64,000 nucleotides of DNA from Schmidtea nova (taxonomy: Eukaryota), in NCBI GenBank assembly GCA_044892505.1, contig CM097883.1, positions 109,988,001 to 110,052,000 of the forward strand, read 5' to 3'. The first letter of the stretch is position 1. Every line of letters begins with the position of its first letter. Position numbers and translations under genes: made by a program. The notes beneath the pieces were generated by a model. The model searched no databases. It worked only from the letters and a program-made list of their open reading frames with translations, and was not told the origin of the DNA. Shown here one piece after another: positions 38,822 to 52,400 of the stretch.

Positions 38822-41800
38822 AGCGCTTTTAACAGTGCATGCATGCCTGAAAACATATAATTTTAGTCCACAGTGTGTTTTTTGTCAAAGTAGAGTACAA
38901 GTGTCCATTTTCTATTCGTAAGTCGTATTTGTATTTAGTTTCTTTTCTGGGATCCATAAACATATACCGCGCGACTGCTGAATTTGAATTCAAGTTAATA
39001 AGTTTTTCTTGGTAAGTAATTTGATTTATTCGTGTTATTACTTACGAAAAGATAACAAGAAAGTTTTGTAGAGTATATATTAAGTGAATCTGCAAAGATT
39101 ACAAGGAAAAATTGGGAATTCTTTTTAGTATGTGTAAACAACAAGGACTATTGAATATATAATTCTACATTATGTTTTTTCTTTTTTTGCATTTTAAAAT
39201 ACATTTATAGAGTAAAGAATTAAAAACATTCCGCTTCTTACTACCAAAAATTGCGTACTATTATCAAGTAATCAAGATCGGATACAAATGTATCTCACAA
39301 GACCTCGAACATAATAAATTCAAGTGCGAGTACTCGAGGGTTAAACTGTTTAAATTATCATTTTGTTTCACATATTATTTATTTTTAATTAAATTAAACA
39401 TTTTAAAGATTTTTGTACAATAAAATAATACTATTTTATTATCATGCGCACAATCTGTTTATTTGTGGTCATTTCCGAGACTTTGTTTGTACATCATGCG
39501 ATCACGTTTATATCAAGTTTTCCTATGCTTACCATTTCTTTGGACCTCCAGTGTACTATTTATGATGATGGGTTGGTCAAATGCTCAACACTGGAAGCTC
39601 CCAAATTGGTTTTAAAACGAATTAGAACTGATGGGTCAATAACAAAATATTGATATAGTATTTGCCCGAAAATAAGACGACTGCAATTATAAGACGATTA
39701 CCAATTTTTATTGAAACAAATAGAAAATATCAAGATTGTAAGACATGTTATTTTTCAAAAAAAAAACACTAGAAAATTCTTTTAAATTTTTAGCAAAAAC
39801 TTCAAGTATCGAAAACTATATAAAAGTATGATTTAGAAATTCATTATTATCCTTTAATTGCCAAATGTTTCACTAGTAACATCATATTTAAGGGTCCGTT
39901 TATAAGACGATCTTTTATTTTTATTGAATTTTTGTGGTAAAAAAATCTTGTTCCGGTCAATGCGGTATTTAATTTGTCATTATCTTATACTCGAATTATT
40001 TTACTTTCAATATTCCTACTCATGTTATCCATTATGAAATTTAGGATAATGTAATTTATGAGCGTCTTTCACATGCTTCCAAAAATGGAAAAGTTACACT
40101 TGAAAACTTGGAAGAATTTGCAAAAATCGGTATTGTTATTAATAAATTTGTGCTTAAATAACTGGTCATCTGATCAGGATTACGAACTTTATGCATTGCA
40201 TATGCAGAAATAGATTCTTATGAATATGAAATGTGGAAGGGTGAATTCCATGAAGCAAGTGTTTCTATTGAAAACCGAGAAAATAAACTTGCTGCTGTTG
40301 CGGAAAAGATTGAAAAAGTTAGTGAAAAGCTGTTGAGTCTGTCTTCAATTAACATCTTGACACAGAATTTAATATTGATTGGTGCTTCTGCTATTGAGGA
40401 TAAGCTTCAAGACCAGGTACCAGAGACAATATCAAATCTTGCGAAAGCCGGCATCAAAATATGGGTTCTCACTGGAGATAAGCAAGAAACTGCGATTAAT
40501 ATCGGTATTTGATATAAAGAAATTCAATTTTAAAGTTATCACTATTTGTTTGTGTTAATCAGGTTATTCCTGTCAATTGTTAACACAAAGTATGAGTCTC
40601 TGTGTTCTGGATTCAGATTCTCTTGATAAAACCCGAACCCAATTAATTGAAGTCAGGCAAGGTTTCGGAGATAATCTTGGAAAGGAAAATGATATTGGGC
40701 TTGTTGTCAGTGGAGATGTTTGTTTTCCCTTTATCTATTAATCTAAATAAAGTTCCCTTTAGACTCTAAAATTTGCATTAGATTTCCAATGTCGCGATGA
40801 TTTCTTACAAATTGCTTTATCATGCAAGGCTGTTATTTGTTGCAGGTTAATTATCAATATTGTGATATAATTATTTTTCTTAAATGATAAAATAAAATTT
40901 TTTAGAATAACCACAAATTTCCCACACAGCCTTCATTAGCGGGACACAAGATGAAGGTTGAGCTGATAATTTGTGGTTATTCTTATTCATTTTGTCAATA
41001 ATGAAAGTGGATGTCAGTGGTTCCCAAAGTTGGTAGATCCAATCTCTTGCACGTGTTAGGGTAAAATTAGGGGCAAGGATACCAGTCAATCCCAGACCTA
41101 TCTGTGATGTTTTGGACAACAAACAACGTCTAGTTTATGAGTAAAATGAAAGGTTTTAATTTTAATGACATTTTATATTAAAATGATAATAAATTACAAG
41201 AGATAAAACATTTATTTCATAGCAAAACACATGTCCAAGTGAATATGTATAATTGCAAACTTATAAAAACAAATGGATTACGGATCTGGCAATTCCAAAA
41301 ATAGCTGAAGTCTGCCATCATTAGTATCGTTTTTTGATTATATGGTTAGTCAGATGGAATCGTACGCCATGCTCATTACTGATTTTGCAACGATCGCGAT
41401 CACAAGATAGTATTTGTATGTACTTACCCAATAAAAGACCTTTCCACCGTCTTCAGCAATAAATCCCATGTTTCGGGTTTGATTGGAGATATTTAGTCCT
41501 TGAAATCATTCTCATGCATCAGTTTTCCATACATTCACTGATTATAATCGCCTTAGTTCAGTTTGTTTTTCTTTCGCTTAGCCCGTCATTTATCTCGATA
41601 TAAATTCACGTGAGTAAAAAGGAAGAACTATCTCGTCGAGTAAAGAAGTTGATGATGAAGTCAAGCATTTTTTCGGTCAATTAAAAGATCACTTTAATGT
41701 TCTAATAAATGAATGTGTGGTTCAGGTTATTGTTTTTAAATACTTTTTTAATATTTTTAGCTGAGTCATGCAGTTCGTCATTCTAATTACATAGCCTGAC

Positions 41801-43354
41801 ATGTTTTAACTTTTTGATTTTTCCTCACATGAAACAATCACAGCCTAGTCAATTTTTCTTTTCTGATTTCATTTCTGCTATCATTTTTTCGCGGACGTCC
41901 AGTTTTATGAGTAAAATGAAAGGTTTTAATTTCAATGGTATTGTATATTAAAATAATAATAAAGTAGAAGAGATAAAACACATTTCATAGCAAAACACAT
42001 GTCCAAGTGAATATGTATAATTGCAAACTTATAAAAACAAATGGTTGTAGCATTTCAAAGATCAGCTGAAGTCTGTCAAAATTCCATCATGTGCTTTCCT
42101 TAGGTATCGTTTTTCGATTGTTTGGATAGTCAGGTGGAATCTTTCACCATGCTCATTACTTATTTTGCAAAGATCGAGTGTGGAAGATATATTTTGAAAG
42201 ACATTTACTCCCATTTCATGGAAAGCATCCATCATTCCATTGATTATGTCCTTGTAGTCTGGTGACCGGTGCTTACCTCAAAAAGCAAATATTATAATTT
42301 ATATGAACTGCATTTTGGTAAGTAATCTTATTAAAAAATTGAGCATATTTTGTACATTCCCTATACTCAAAAAAGGTGTTAGTCAACTAGAAAAGCGTTT
42401 TAAAACCTACTTCTCACCGAACACTACATATTTCATTAAAACTTCACCAGATAATATTTGTATGTACTCATCAAAAAAACTTTCCACCGTCTTCAGTAAT
42501 AAATCCCATGTTTTGTGTTACATTGGAGAAATTCAGTCATTGAATTCATTCGTTTGCATGAGTTTGCTCGTGTAATGAACAATGAACACTCCTTTAATTT
42601 TAGCCTTGGAAAACTTGGGACAAATCTTCAAATTAAAAATCTTCTTCACTTCTTGATAAGAATCGTGGGCATTTATTTCCGACTGGTCCAAAATTACTTT
42701 CATCAGAAGATATGTCCGACGAATCAAGCACATCTGAATTTTTCTCATTATTAACAGCTTCTGTTATTGGTTGTCGGATTACAAAATCTGTTATTAACTG
42801 CTGTTTTTTTGGTTTCTCAAGTTCTTTATATAATTCTTGATATACAAAACTGAAGATTACCCTGAAATTTTAATGGGCGCCCCATGTTAGGATCATGAGT
42901 CAAAAAATGTTTCTCCATACCTGTAGCAAATTTTAATCCCTCGCGAATAAAATCAGCCGTTAATAGATGCACTTCACCTTCAACTTCGTCATTTCCTTCT
43001 TCTTTATTATCATCACCTGCTACAGCATTCATCAAATCGTCATCGTTCAAGGAACTTCCTCGCATCAATTCATCAATATCAATGTCAAAAATGTTTAGAA
43101 AAAACTTAAAATGATGTGTGAAATAAAACGTGTTAGAATGAATATTTCGTGTGAAATTTTTTTTATGAACCGTGTTATATCAAAAACGTGCAGAAAAAAG
43201 GCGTGTAAAAAAGAGTTGGGTGTATTTTTTACGTTAAATGGGAAACAATTCTTTTTTCCCGTGCGCATCCATTTTCTAATATCTCTCGTAACTCTCGAAA
43301 CCTAATGTCCTTCTGCTGTTGCTCCAATACTTTTTCATAGCTTCTGTTCTTTGG

Positions 43355-43409
<55 letters not shown>

Positions 43410-46400
43410 CAGGTAAAAATTATGACTGGTTCTCAAAATTTTCAAAATCAAAAAACCTTTCTTCTCTTTTAAAATTTTTCGTTGGAATCATTGTAATTTT
43501 GCAAAAAATAAATTATTAATTGTCCGATATTATGCGTGGTTCTGATGGTTATTTTATTTCATTTTTCGAAAACTTTCTCCTTAAAAAATAATTTTTCCCA
43601 GTGAAAAATCTGACTGAAATTTGAATTATTATTTGCAAATTTCCCGTTTTATTAATCAAAAACTGATGGAATTTCAGTTTCATAGACAAATCAATATTGA
43701 CTTTTTCCTGGTAAATCAAATTTAATCCTCGATTTCATATTTCCTACTAAATATTCAATTTCCCCAATATTTATAGTCGCAATTTTATAATTATATAAAC
43801 TGATTTCGTATGCAAATTTTGTGCATTTATCAATATCACGAAAATTGAGTTATATTTGTTGTTCATTTTCCTGTTTTTTTAATTTTAACTGTCATTTTAT
43901 TGATTTGTTCTGTTACAATAAAGTACAGATTAATGTTACTATTGGCTCTTGTTAAACATGCAAAAATAAATAAATACATTAAACCGCTAGACTTAGTATA
44001 GAAATTTTCAATCTTTGATTTGTAGTTTAATTCGTATTAATTTGAAAATTTTCACATTTTTTTATTGGGAAAATTTAAATTGAAAATTGTCCATTATCAA
44101 TGAATTGATAAATTTATATGAATTTTTGTAGAGTTAGTCCTTCTCAAAAAGCCGAAGTAGTAACATTGGTAAAGTCAAATATTAAAGATGCGATAACACT
44201 CGCGATAGGAGATGGGGCTAATGACGTTGGAATGATACAGGTTTGAATGCCGAGGATTTTTAATTATCCTAAAATTTGCCTAGGCCGCTCACGTAGGCAT
44301 TGGTATAAGCGGTTTAGAAGGTCAACAAGCCGCATGTAATTCAGACTATGCTATCGCACAATTTAGATTTCTTAATCGGCTTCTATTGGTCCATGGAGCT
44401 TGGAATTATAACCGGCTTACAAAGCTTATTCTTTATTCGTTTTACAAAAATGTATGCTTCTTTGTTATACAGTTTTGGTTTGCGATTGTTAGTGGGTTCT
44501 CTGGTCAAATCATTTTCGAACGTTGGTCGATCGGTTTTTACAACGTTGTAAGTTTGGGAAAATATTAATCTTCGAGCCATGTATAAAATTGTCTTTTTTG
44601 CCATTAGATATTTACTGCTGCTCCTCCCTTAGCTCTGGGATTATTTGATCGGAGCTGTAGTGCGGAAAATTCTTTAAAATATCCTCAACTCTATCGAGAA
44701 ATTCAACAGAGTTCAACTTTTGATATAAAAGTCATATTTATAAATAAATATTTGTTTTAAAATTATGATTTTCAGGTATTTCTCACATGGATTTTGAATT
44801 CCTTATATCACTCTCTCATCCTGTTCTGGTTTACAGTTTTGGCCAATAATCACGGTATTTAATTATTTAATTTTAATTTGCCCAATCCGCTTTAATTTTT
44901 GGCACGGTTCACCCTTCTCATATTTTCAAATTTTGATTTATATTTGTTAACAAAAATACTAAGTGACACAAGAATCATAAGAACTCATTATATAAAGAAT
45001 TTCAGTTGCTTAATAAAAATTTTTACTCATTGTAACATAATTTTAATTATTTATTACATCGAATACAACAGTTTTATGATTTAGCTGAATACCAAATTGT
45101 CTCTTAAATTCTATCAAAGGACTGCATTTCGGCAGAATCAAAATTTACACTACGTAACTTATTCCGTTGTTTGAGTCCATTATTATGGATTGATAGGTAG
45201 ATGCGGGTTTTCTAATTCACTACCAGTTATCGCGTCCCTACCCCTGACCCCTAGCGATAATATATAACACACTTCAAAATTCACGCGAAAACCTTTTGAA
45301 TTTGAATAATTATTTTAAGTTGCAAGGTGTTATTTTTCACTGTGCTAAGATGCACTTTTTATTTTTCACTATAGCAAGGGCAACTTTAAACACAGTGTTC
45401 TATTTGCACCTTAAAATGTGCTAATATTGATTTTTTGGTGCCAAAAAGTGCAATTTTGTATTTTGTTTTATCGCACTGTAGTGTGAGGTTTTGAGATTAA
45501 AAAAAATTGTTTGTGCATAAATATAGAGATTTTAAAGATGGACATTTAATCTGACGACAATATGAAAAGCTCCAATTGAATACATAAAATACCAAGTAAA
45601 GAAAGTACTCGACAAAAAACCAAACCATCAAAGACATATAAAAATCTAATTGTGTGTTTTTGATTATTGCAATGAATTTCGACAGAAAATACGTTTACAA
45701 AATAATTTACTCCTGTTGGTAGCCTTGAAAGCTTTTAAAAAATTCCATTAATGTTGAAAAAAATTATTAGGATATTCAAATCTCAATCAATACAAAACCA
45801 CAACAAGTTTTGGAAACTCACATAAAATGCTTCCGGATAGATGCATTGGTGTATAAATAGTGGTGGACACTATTTTAACATTCCTACGAGATGATGATGA
45901 ATTGTTGATGTTTTGTGGTTCCTTTGTTATTCATTCTAATAACTCGGCAACACTTTAGTTTCCAACCTTGTATTTGACAGCATAATATTAATTTTATTAT
46001 TTTTAAATTAAAAATATAAATATCAATAATTCCCATAAGGATGAATATAGATCAAAATTTCTTGAAATAAGTACACAATATTTCGGCACAGCCTTTATCA
46101 AGCCTTGATAAAGGCTGTACCGAAATATTGTGTACTTATTTAAAGAAATTTTGATCTATAGTCATCCATTATGGGAATTATTGATATTAATAATAAAAAA
46201 AGATCAAAGGTGAAGCAAAAAAATAATTATGATAAAAATATAAATTAAATATTCACAATCAATTTAAAAAAAAAATTTTAGTTCTAAAATTCAGATTTTT
46301 TTAATCGCCAGAAAAAATTTAAAATTTTTCATTCATGAGAAAAGATTTTGAATCCTATTAACATTTTTGCGCATTTGCTATTAATAAAACAAAGCATTCT

Positions 46401-49400
46401 GGTTGAAAATCACGATATGTATTTTCTATGTATTTTGTTTTTTACGATAAATTTGCCATGTCAAATTGTAATTTTCAATGTATTTTTTAAATTTTCTTGG
46501 ACCTTTCAAAATGATTCAATATTTAGCCGATAGTTTGATCTAATTCGAAATTTAATCGAATATTAAAAAAGATGTGCTAAATATTCGAAGCATCTCTAAT
46601 TTACTTTTATATCCTTCCTCATTAAAACTAGCGTCTATTTTTGTTAAAAAATCATTTAAAATGTTTTGCACAATTGTTTCGTGTAATAAATTTAATTTTT
46701 TTATAAAAATAATAATTGTTTGATTACGATTTAAATTAGCAATTATCGAAATATTTCTAATACAAGCACAGGCTTATAAAAGAATGAGTTTCTTAATTAT
46801 AAAAATAGTATTTTCTTTGACTGGAATATTTTATTAATGTTTTATTTAATTACGTGAGAAAATGTATTATAAACAATATTTTGAATAAAAATTTATTGTG
46901 AAATTTATATGAAAACGTAAATCTGTGAATTTTGGGCGCACTTCGATGTTCATAAAACAATAACAATTTATCAAAACATCACTTGGTAAAAAAGACAGTT
47001 CCGAAAATTTATTTAGATTGAATATAATTATAAAATTTTATAATAATTTTCTCTAGATTAAGTTCTACTATTAAATCCCCTTGCAGCATAAAATATTAAT
47101 AAAATAATTTGGAAAACATAATTTAAATGTTAAATTTCAGAAATTTTGATATTTTTATTAGATTTATTAGATATATAAAATTTTATTTATAGTATTTAAC
47201 AAATTAAATGGAAATTTCTGAAATGGAAAAGAAAAGCTCAAAAGCTAACAAAATTATCTAGATTTAATTTATCATTTTCGTTAGTTACCTGTCAACTACT
47301 TAACGAATTTGCCAGACACATGTTCTACTAATTTGCATGCAATAATTATTTCCCCAGCATATGTTGGTTATCTCCAAAATTTGGCAGAAAACATTGTTAT
47401 AAAAATCTACTATTTTCCTCTTCAGCATAGTTAGAACAGCAAATATAATTAAAAAAAATTCTGTTTTACTTATTTTGGAACATTAATCAGTCCTTCAGTG
47501 TTTAATGTATTATTCAATAAAATTCATAATTTTAAAAAACAAAATGTATTTCTAATAACATCAGGTTCCCAAACTTGGTAATCATTATTATATCATTATT
47601 ATATTGAAGCGACATGTAATACTCAATGCAATTTCCAGTTTTTCTGTAAACAGCAAGCCAAATTAGTGACACAATAATAATGTTTTCCATCTCGTTTGTA
47701 AAATAACAAATTTATTTATACACTTTCAACTAATATTTATCGTGGCCTCGTGATGGCGTTGTCAGATTGCAATATCTGATCGGGATCAAGTTTCTCATAA
47801 CTAATTCGAAATTCGAAATTGTATCGAATAAATATTACATTTGATTGCAAACTGCGAGCCACATTATATACCAGTCGATTTATATAATCTTTAAATTACA
47901 ATTTTTAGTTGTTTGTTTTTGTTTTAGATATTCCTTTCAGAAATGGTCAAACGGGAAGTTTGCTGTTTTTAGGAAACTGTATTTATACGGTATTTTTCTG
48001 TTGGGGTCAGATAAAATGATGATGATATTTATTTTAGTATGTTGTTGTTACTGTATCAGTTAAGGCCGGTTTAGAGCACATAGCTTGGACATGGTTGTCG
48101 CATTTAGCTATATGGGGAAGCGTTGTGGCATGGTTTGTCTATTTCATAATCTATTCGCACTTGTTTCAATTAATCGGCTTATCAGCTAGCATGGCCCTCA
48201 TGGTTCCTTACTTTAGCCTATTTTTTAACCTAACCATCACGCCTTTGTTTCAGTATCAAGCTGTTTTCAGTAGTGGAACATTTTGGCTTGGTCTCATTTT
48301 AATACCTTCAGCTGCCCTTACCCGTGATATCGCCTGGAAAGCGTAATATTTTTATTTTGACTTAGATTTGTTTTGAGTAAATTATATATCAGTGTTAAAA
48401 GAACACTATTTGAATCACTCCGGGAGCGTGTCATGCAAATGGAAAAAAGAAATCAAGACCCTGGAAAAATTATTCCTATTGATACCAAAAGAAAGTTCGT
48501 TTATTTAAATTTATTTCTGTAGTATTGTATATGGGTTTCAATAGGTTTTGTAATCCTTTCCGCTCTCGGGACGCTAAACTTGGTGGACCAACAACACCAA
48601 CAATTGTGGACGATTCAAATCGTAAGATTTAAATGATTTTATTTTTACTTTCGATAAGAAATTATTTTTATTATTCAAAAATGTTGCTAATTTTATTTTT
48701 TATGAAAATCGAAACATTGTGCAAAAATAGAATTTATTGATCTATAAAAATAAAAATAAAAATGAAATGAAACAATGATATTGATTTCAAAGCCGATCAA
48801 TGGTGAAGTAGTAAGGGTTGTCAGCAAGATCCAGATACCATTGTCTATTTGTTTTGACGGGTTTTGCACTTATTTTTAACTAAGTTTTACTTAGTTTCAA
48901 ATTTTAATATTGATGCTGAATACATGACATTATTGATTTTAATATTTGATTAAACTATTACAATACAAGCGCAACAATTAGGTCAATCATTCCAAAGTCT
49001 CTGAAATCTCTATTTGAATATTTATTTACTTCTGACAATTATCACAATTAATATCAGAATGTTCCTTTCATAAATGAATATCACAGACAAATCACAAAAA
49101 ACTCAACAAAATTTTGAATGATATTTTTGCAGAGGTTATAAAAAGGAGAAATGAAGATGGAGACTGGAAATCATTTTTTTCGCCATTGAATTCTTGATTA
49201 AAGTTTGAATATTTTAACAATTCTTCTACAGATCTTCTTTTCAGATATTTTCAAATTAGAATATTAATTACACTGGAACCTCGATTTGCGTCGTTAATTG
49301 GGACTTGAAAAAGATGACGCAAACCTGACGATTCTAAATTAATTAATATTTCTGTTGACTCATTTGGTTCTCGTACAGATTTAGTAAAAAAATTGTCCAA

Positions 49401-52400
49401 AGTTTGTTGAACTTTTGCCGCTTTTTTCCAAGTAAATTTCCTTGTAGCAATTTATAGTGCTTTCTATAGATCTAGTAACTTTTGAACTTCGATCTTATGT
49501 AAAAATTGAATTACAGAATTAAATGGGACATCCTATTTATATAAAATTTAAGCGACGCAAACCAAAATTTTAACGACGCAACTCTGAAATGACGAAAATT
49601 CAAGACGACGCAGCTTCGAAAACAACGCAAATCGAAACAACGCAAATCGAAACGACGCAAATCGAGGTTCTAGTGTATTACGAAACAAAATTCACAGGAA
49701 TTTTATCTGTTACTTTATTGATCGTTTCTTTGAGAAAATTATTGATCTTTATAATACTTTTAGATTCATAAATTTTTCATTAATAACAAAGTAAGTTGGG
49801 AATTTAAATTGAAAAGAAAGATAAAAATTAAATTTTAAAGAAAATACTGAAACTTTCATAAGTATAAATCGAAAAAATGACATTACCCCTGTCATTTAGT
49901 CCCTCTGCATTGCTGGGGTGAAACGAATAATACGACGAAGAAATATATAGGGGATAATGTCAAAGTTCCTTATAAATCTAATGACCCAAATTTTTATTTT
50001 ACAACCCTTATGAACAATTTACTTATATTTATGTTAAACTATTAATAAATATAATAATAATGGTAAAAGCCTTTCTCTGTGGTGTATATTTCAATGAAAT
50101 ATTTCGGCCTGCAAAATATCCTGATAACCCCAATACGAAATTCTTTCCAATTGACTTTCACTTAATTCTGTGGTTATTCTATTTCCTGAAATCTGATTTT
50201 ATCGTAAATTTAAACAATTTAAAATTCATTTTCGAAAAAAAATTTTAACAAATTTTGAAATTAAATTAAAATATTTTTTATAAGTTAACCTATAACAATT
50301 ATTACAAAATTTTAAACCAACCCAAATTTGGCAAATTATAACATAAAACAAATTTCTGATATTTAAAAATGAAAAAAACCACGCAACAAACTAATAATTT
50401 TCATTTCTCAACAATATATTTATTATTTAGACTGTACTCACTGTCCTTGAGCAATTGTATTGATAAAATCGGCCCTAATACTATCTCTAGCTTTTTCTGG
50501 TATGGTACTTTTAAAAATAAGGAAGCGGGTAGAGCACAACATTGCATTCTTTATAAAAGTAGCGCATCTTGTGATTTACAGGTTTTTAATATGAGTAACA
50601 AACTTAGTTTCGCCGTGTCGAGTTTTCTTTCCCTTATTTGCAAGTGTAATTTTACCTGTCTACCCCTTTAACAAATTCATAAAAGTTCGCCAGTAATACT
50701 GATAGCATGTGCTTTACGCAATTATTTATGTCGTAACAGGATAAAAACATGGTTAACCGGAGTAGTTATAATTTTGAAAGAACAATTATGCAAGTCATTA
50801 AAAAAGAAATATTAAATTTATGTATGCAAATTTATTGCGTAGGCCTCTCGTAAACCTTTAGTTTTCGATGAGGCTGGAGGTAATTCAAAAAATTAACATA
50901 ACCTTAATATAAATTATAATCATTATAATCATTAATATACAAGAGAAGTAATCAACCAACGGAGTTATTGTTGATAATCAAATGAGTTGTTCATCGGGTA
51001 ACATTGCATAACATAAAACAATTTATAAGGAAAAAAAGTTTTAAAAACCTGAAACTACACAACACTTTCCAAATCATAACTAATATGGATACCTTCATCA
51101 TTTAGGATCGGTCATTTCCCGCCACTAACGAGAATCATCCATATTCAAAATAGAAACTAATGACCTTATAGCTTGGAACCAAATCATCATTAAAGATCTC
51201 AGCAATGTACATTGCTCATCGTTTGTACATTGACATTTTAACATTTTCAAAAGCTGGTTTTGATATCGACGAAAATGTAAGAATGTATTTGACCATAGTT
51301 TACCGCGCTTCTAAGATAAACAAGTCAATAATTTAAAATTATAAGAAGCATCAATTTATCTTTATCGTGATACATCCGTTCCGTTGCATATTATGAAGGA
51401 AATGAAACATGTCAATTCAATACGCACGATTTCAATACTAAAATAAGGCGTCTCAGTAAATTACATAATTTACTATTTTATATATAATTATCATTGTGAA
51501 CCAAGTGAGATTGCACTAAATCCGGGTTAAAATAAATTACGGTTCAAACTGGTCTAATGTCCCTCTAAACCAGCGGTCGGGGAACTTTTTTAACCATTAC
51601 CCCAAAATATTTTTGCGTAAGTCGATATTATCCCCCACCATTCTGAAAAAACAATCAATGTAAAATTTAAATAGACATTATTTATTAAATTAATTTACAT
51701 TTACATGTTTATAAAAAAAGTTACATGAAAATAGTAAAATAGCAATTTAAATATTAGAAAAATTTCCCTATTGTCCAAAAAATTTTCATTTTTACCCCAT
51801 TTGGGGTAATTTACCCCAGTTCCCCGACCGCTGCTCTAAACGAAAGTATAACGTTCCATTATAGTGTAATGAAATAGAATATATCTTTATCTATCTTATT
51901 TTAATTATAGATTATTTGATTATAACATTTTGATTATTTTATTTTCGCAACATTGATTAATATTAAATAATTGAATATTTGTAAGTGTTATTCATGTGAC
52001 TCAAATAAACATGAAAATTTAATTGGCTTCCATATCTTGTTTATCATTTAAGATGGTAATAATTTTTTATTCTTATTATTTAATTTTTAATTTTCAAAAT
52101 TTATGTACGTTTTTTATTATTAATTTATAATTTTTATTTACTTAAATAAAGAAGGTAGCAAATTTTTAACACGTTGACCGCTATTTAAATTTTATATGTT
52201 TGCCATGGCTTACTTATATAAAAAGGAAATATATGGCATCTACTGGATTAACCTGAACTGCGTCGTGTATAAACGTTAGATAATCTTTGTGAATTTGAAC
52301 TATCAATACATAAATTTTGCTTCTTACGAATATATAATAATAAATAATTTTACTTTGGTCTCTGAGGTCATTTTAGCTCATACTAGGTGGGTGATCAACT

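Noticed and set aside
42680-42715. CTGATGA hammerhead core candidates (also minus strand near 1650 and 62140)
   Set aside because: No stem II closed by GAAA and no compatible stems I/III.
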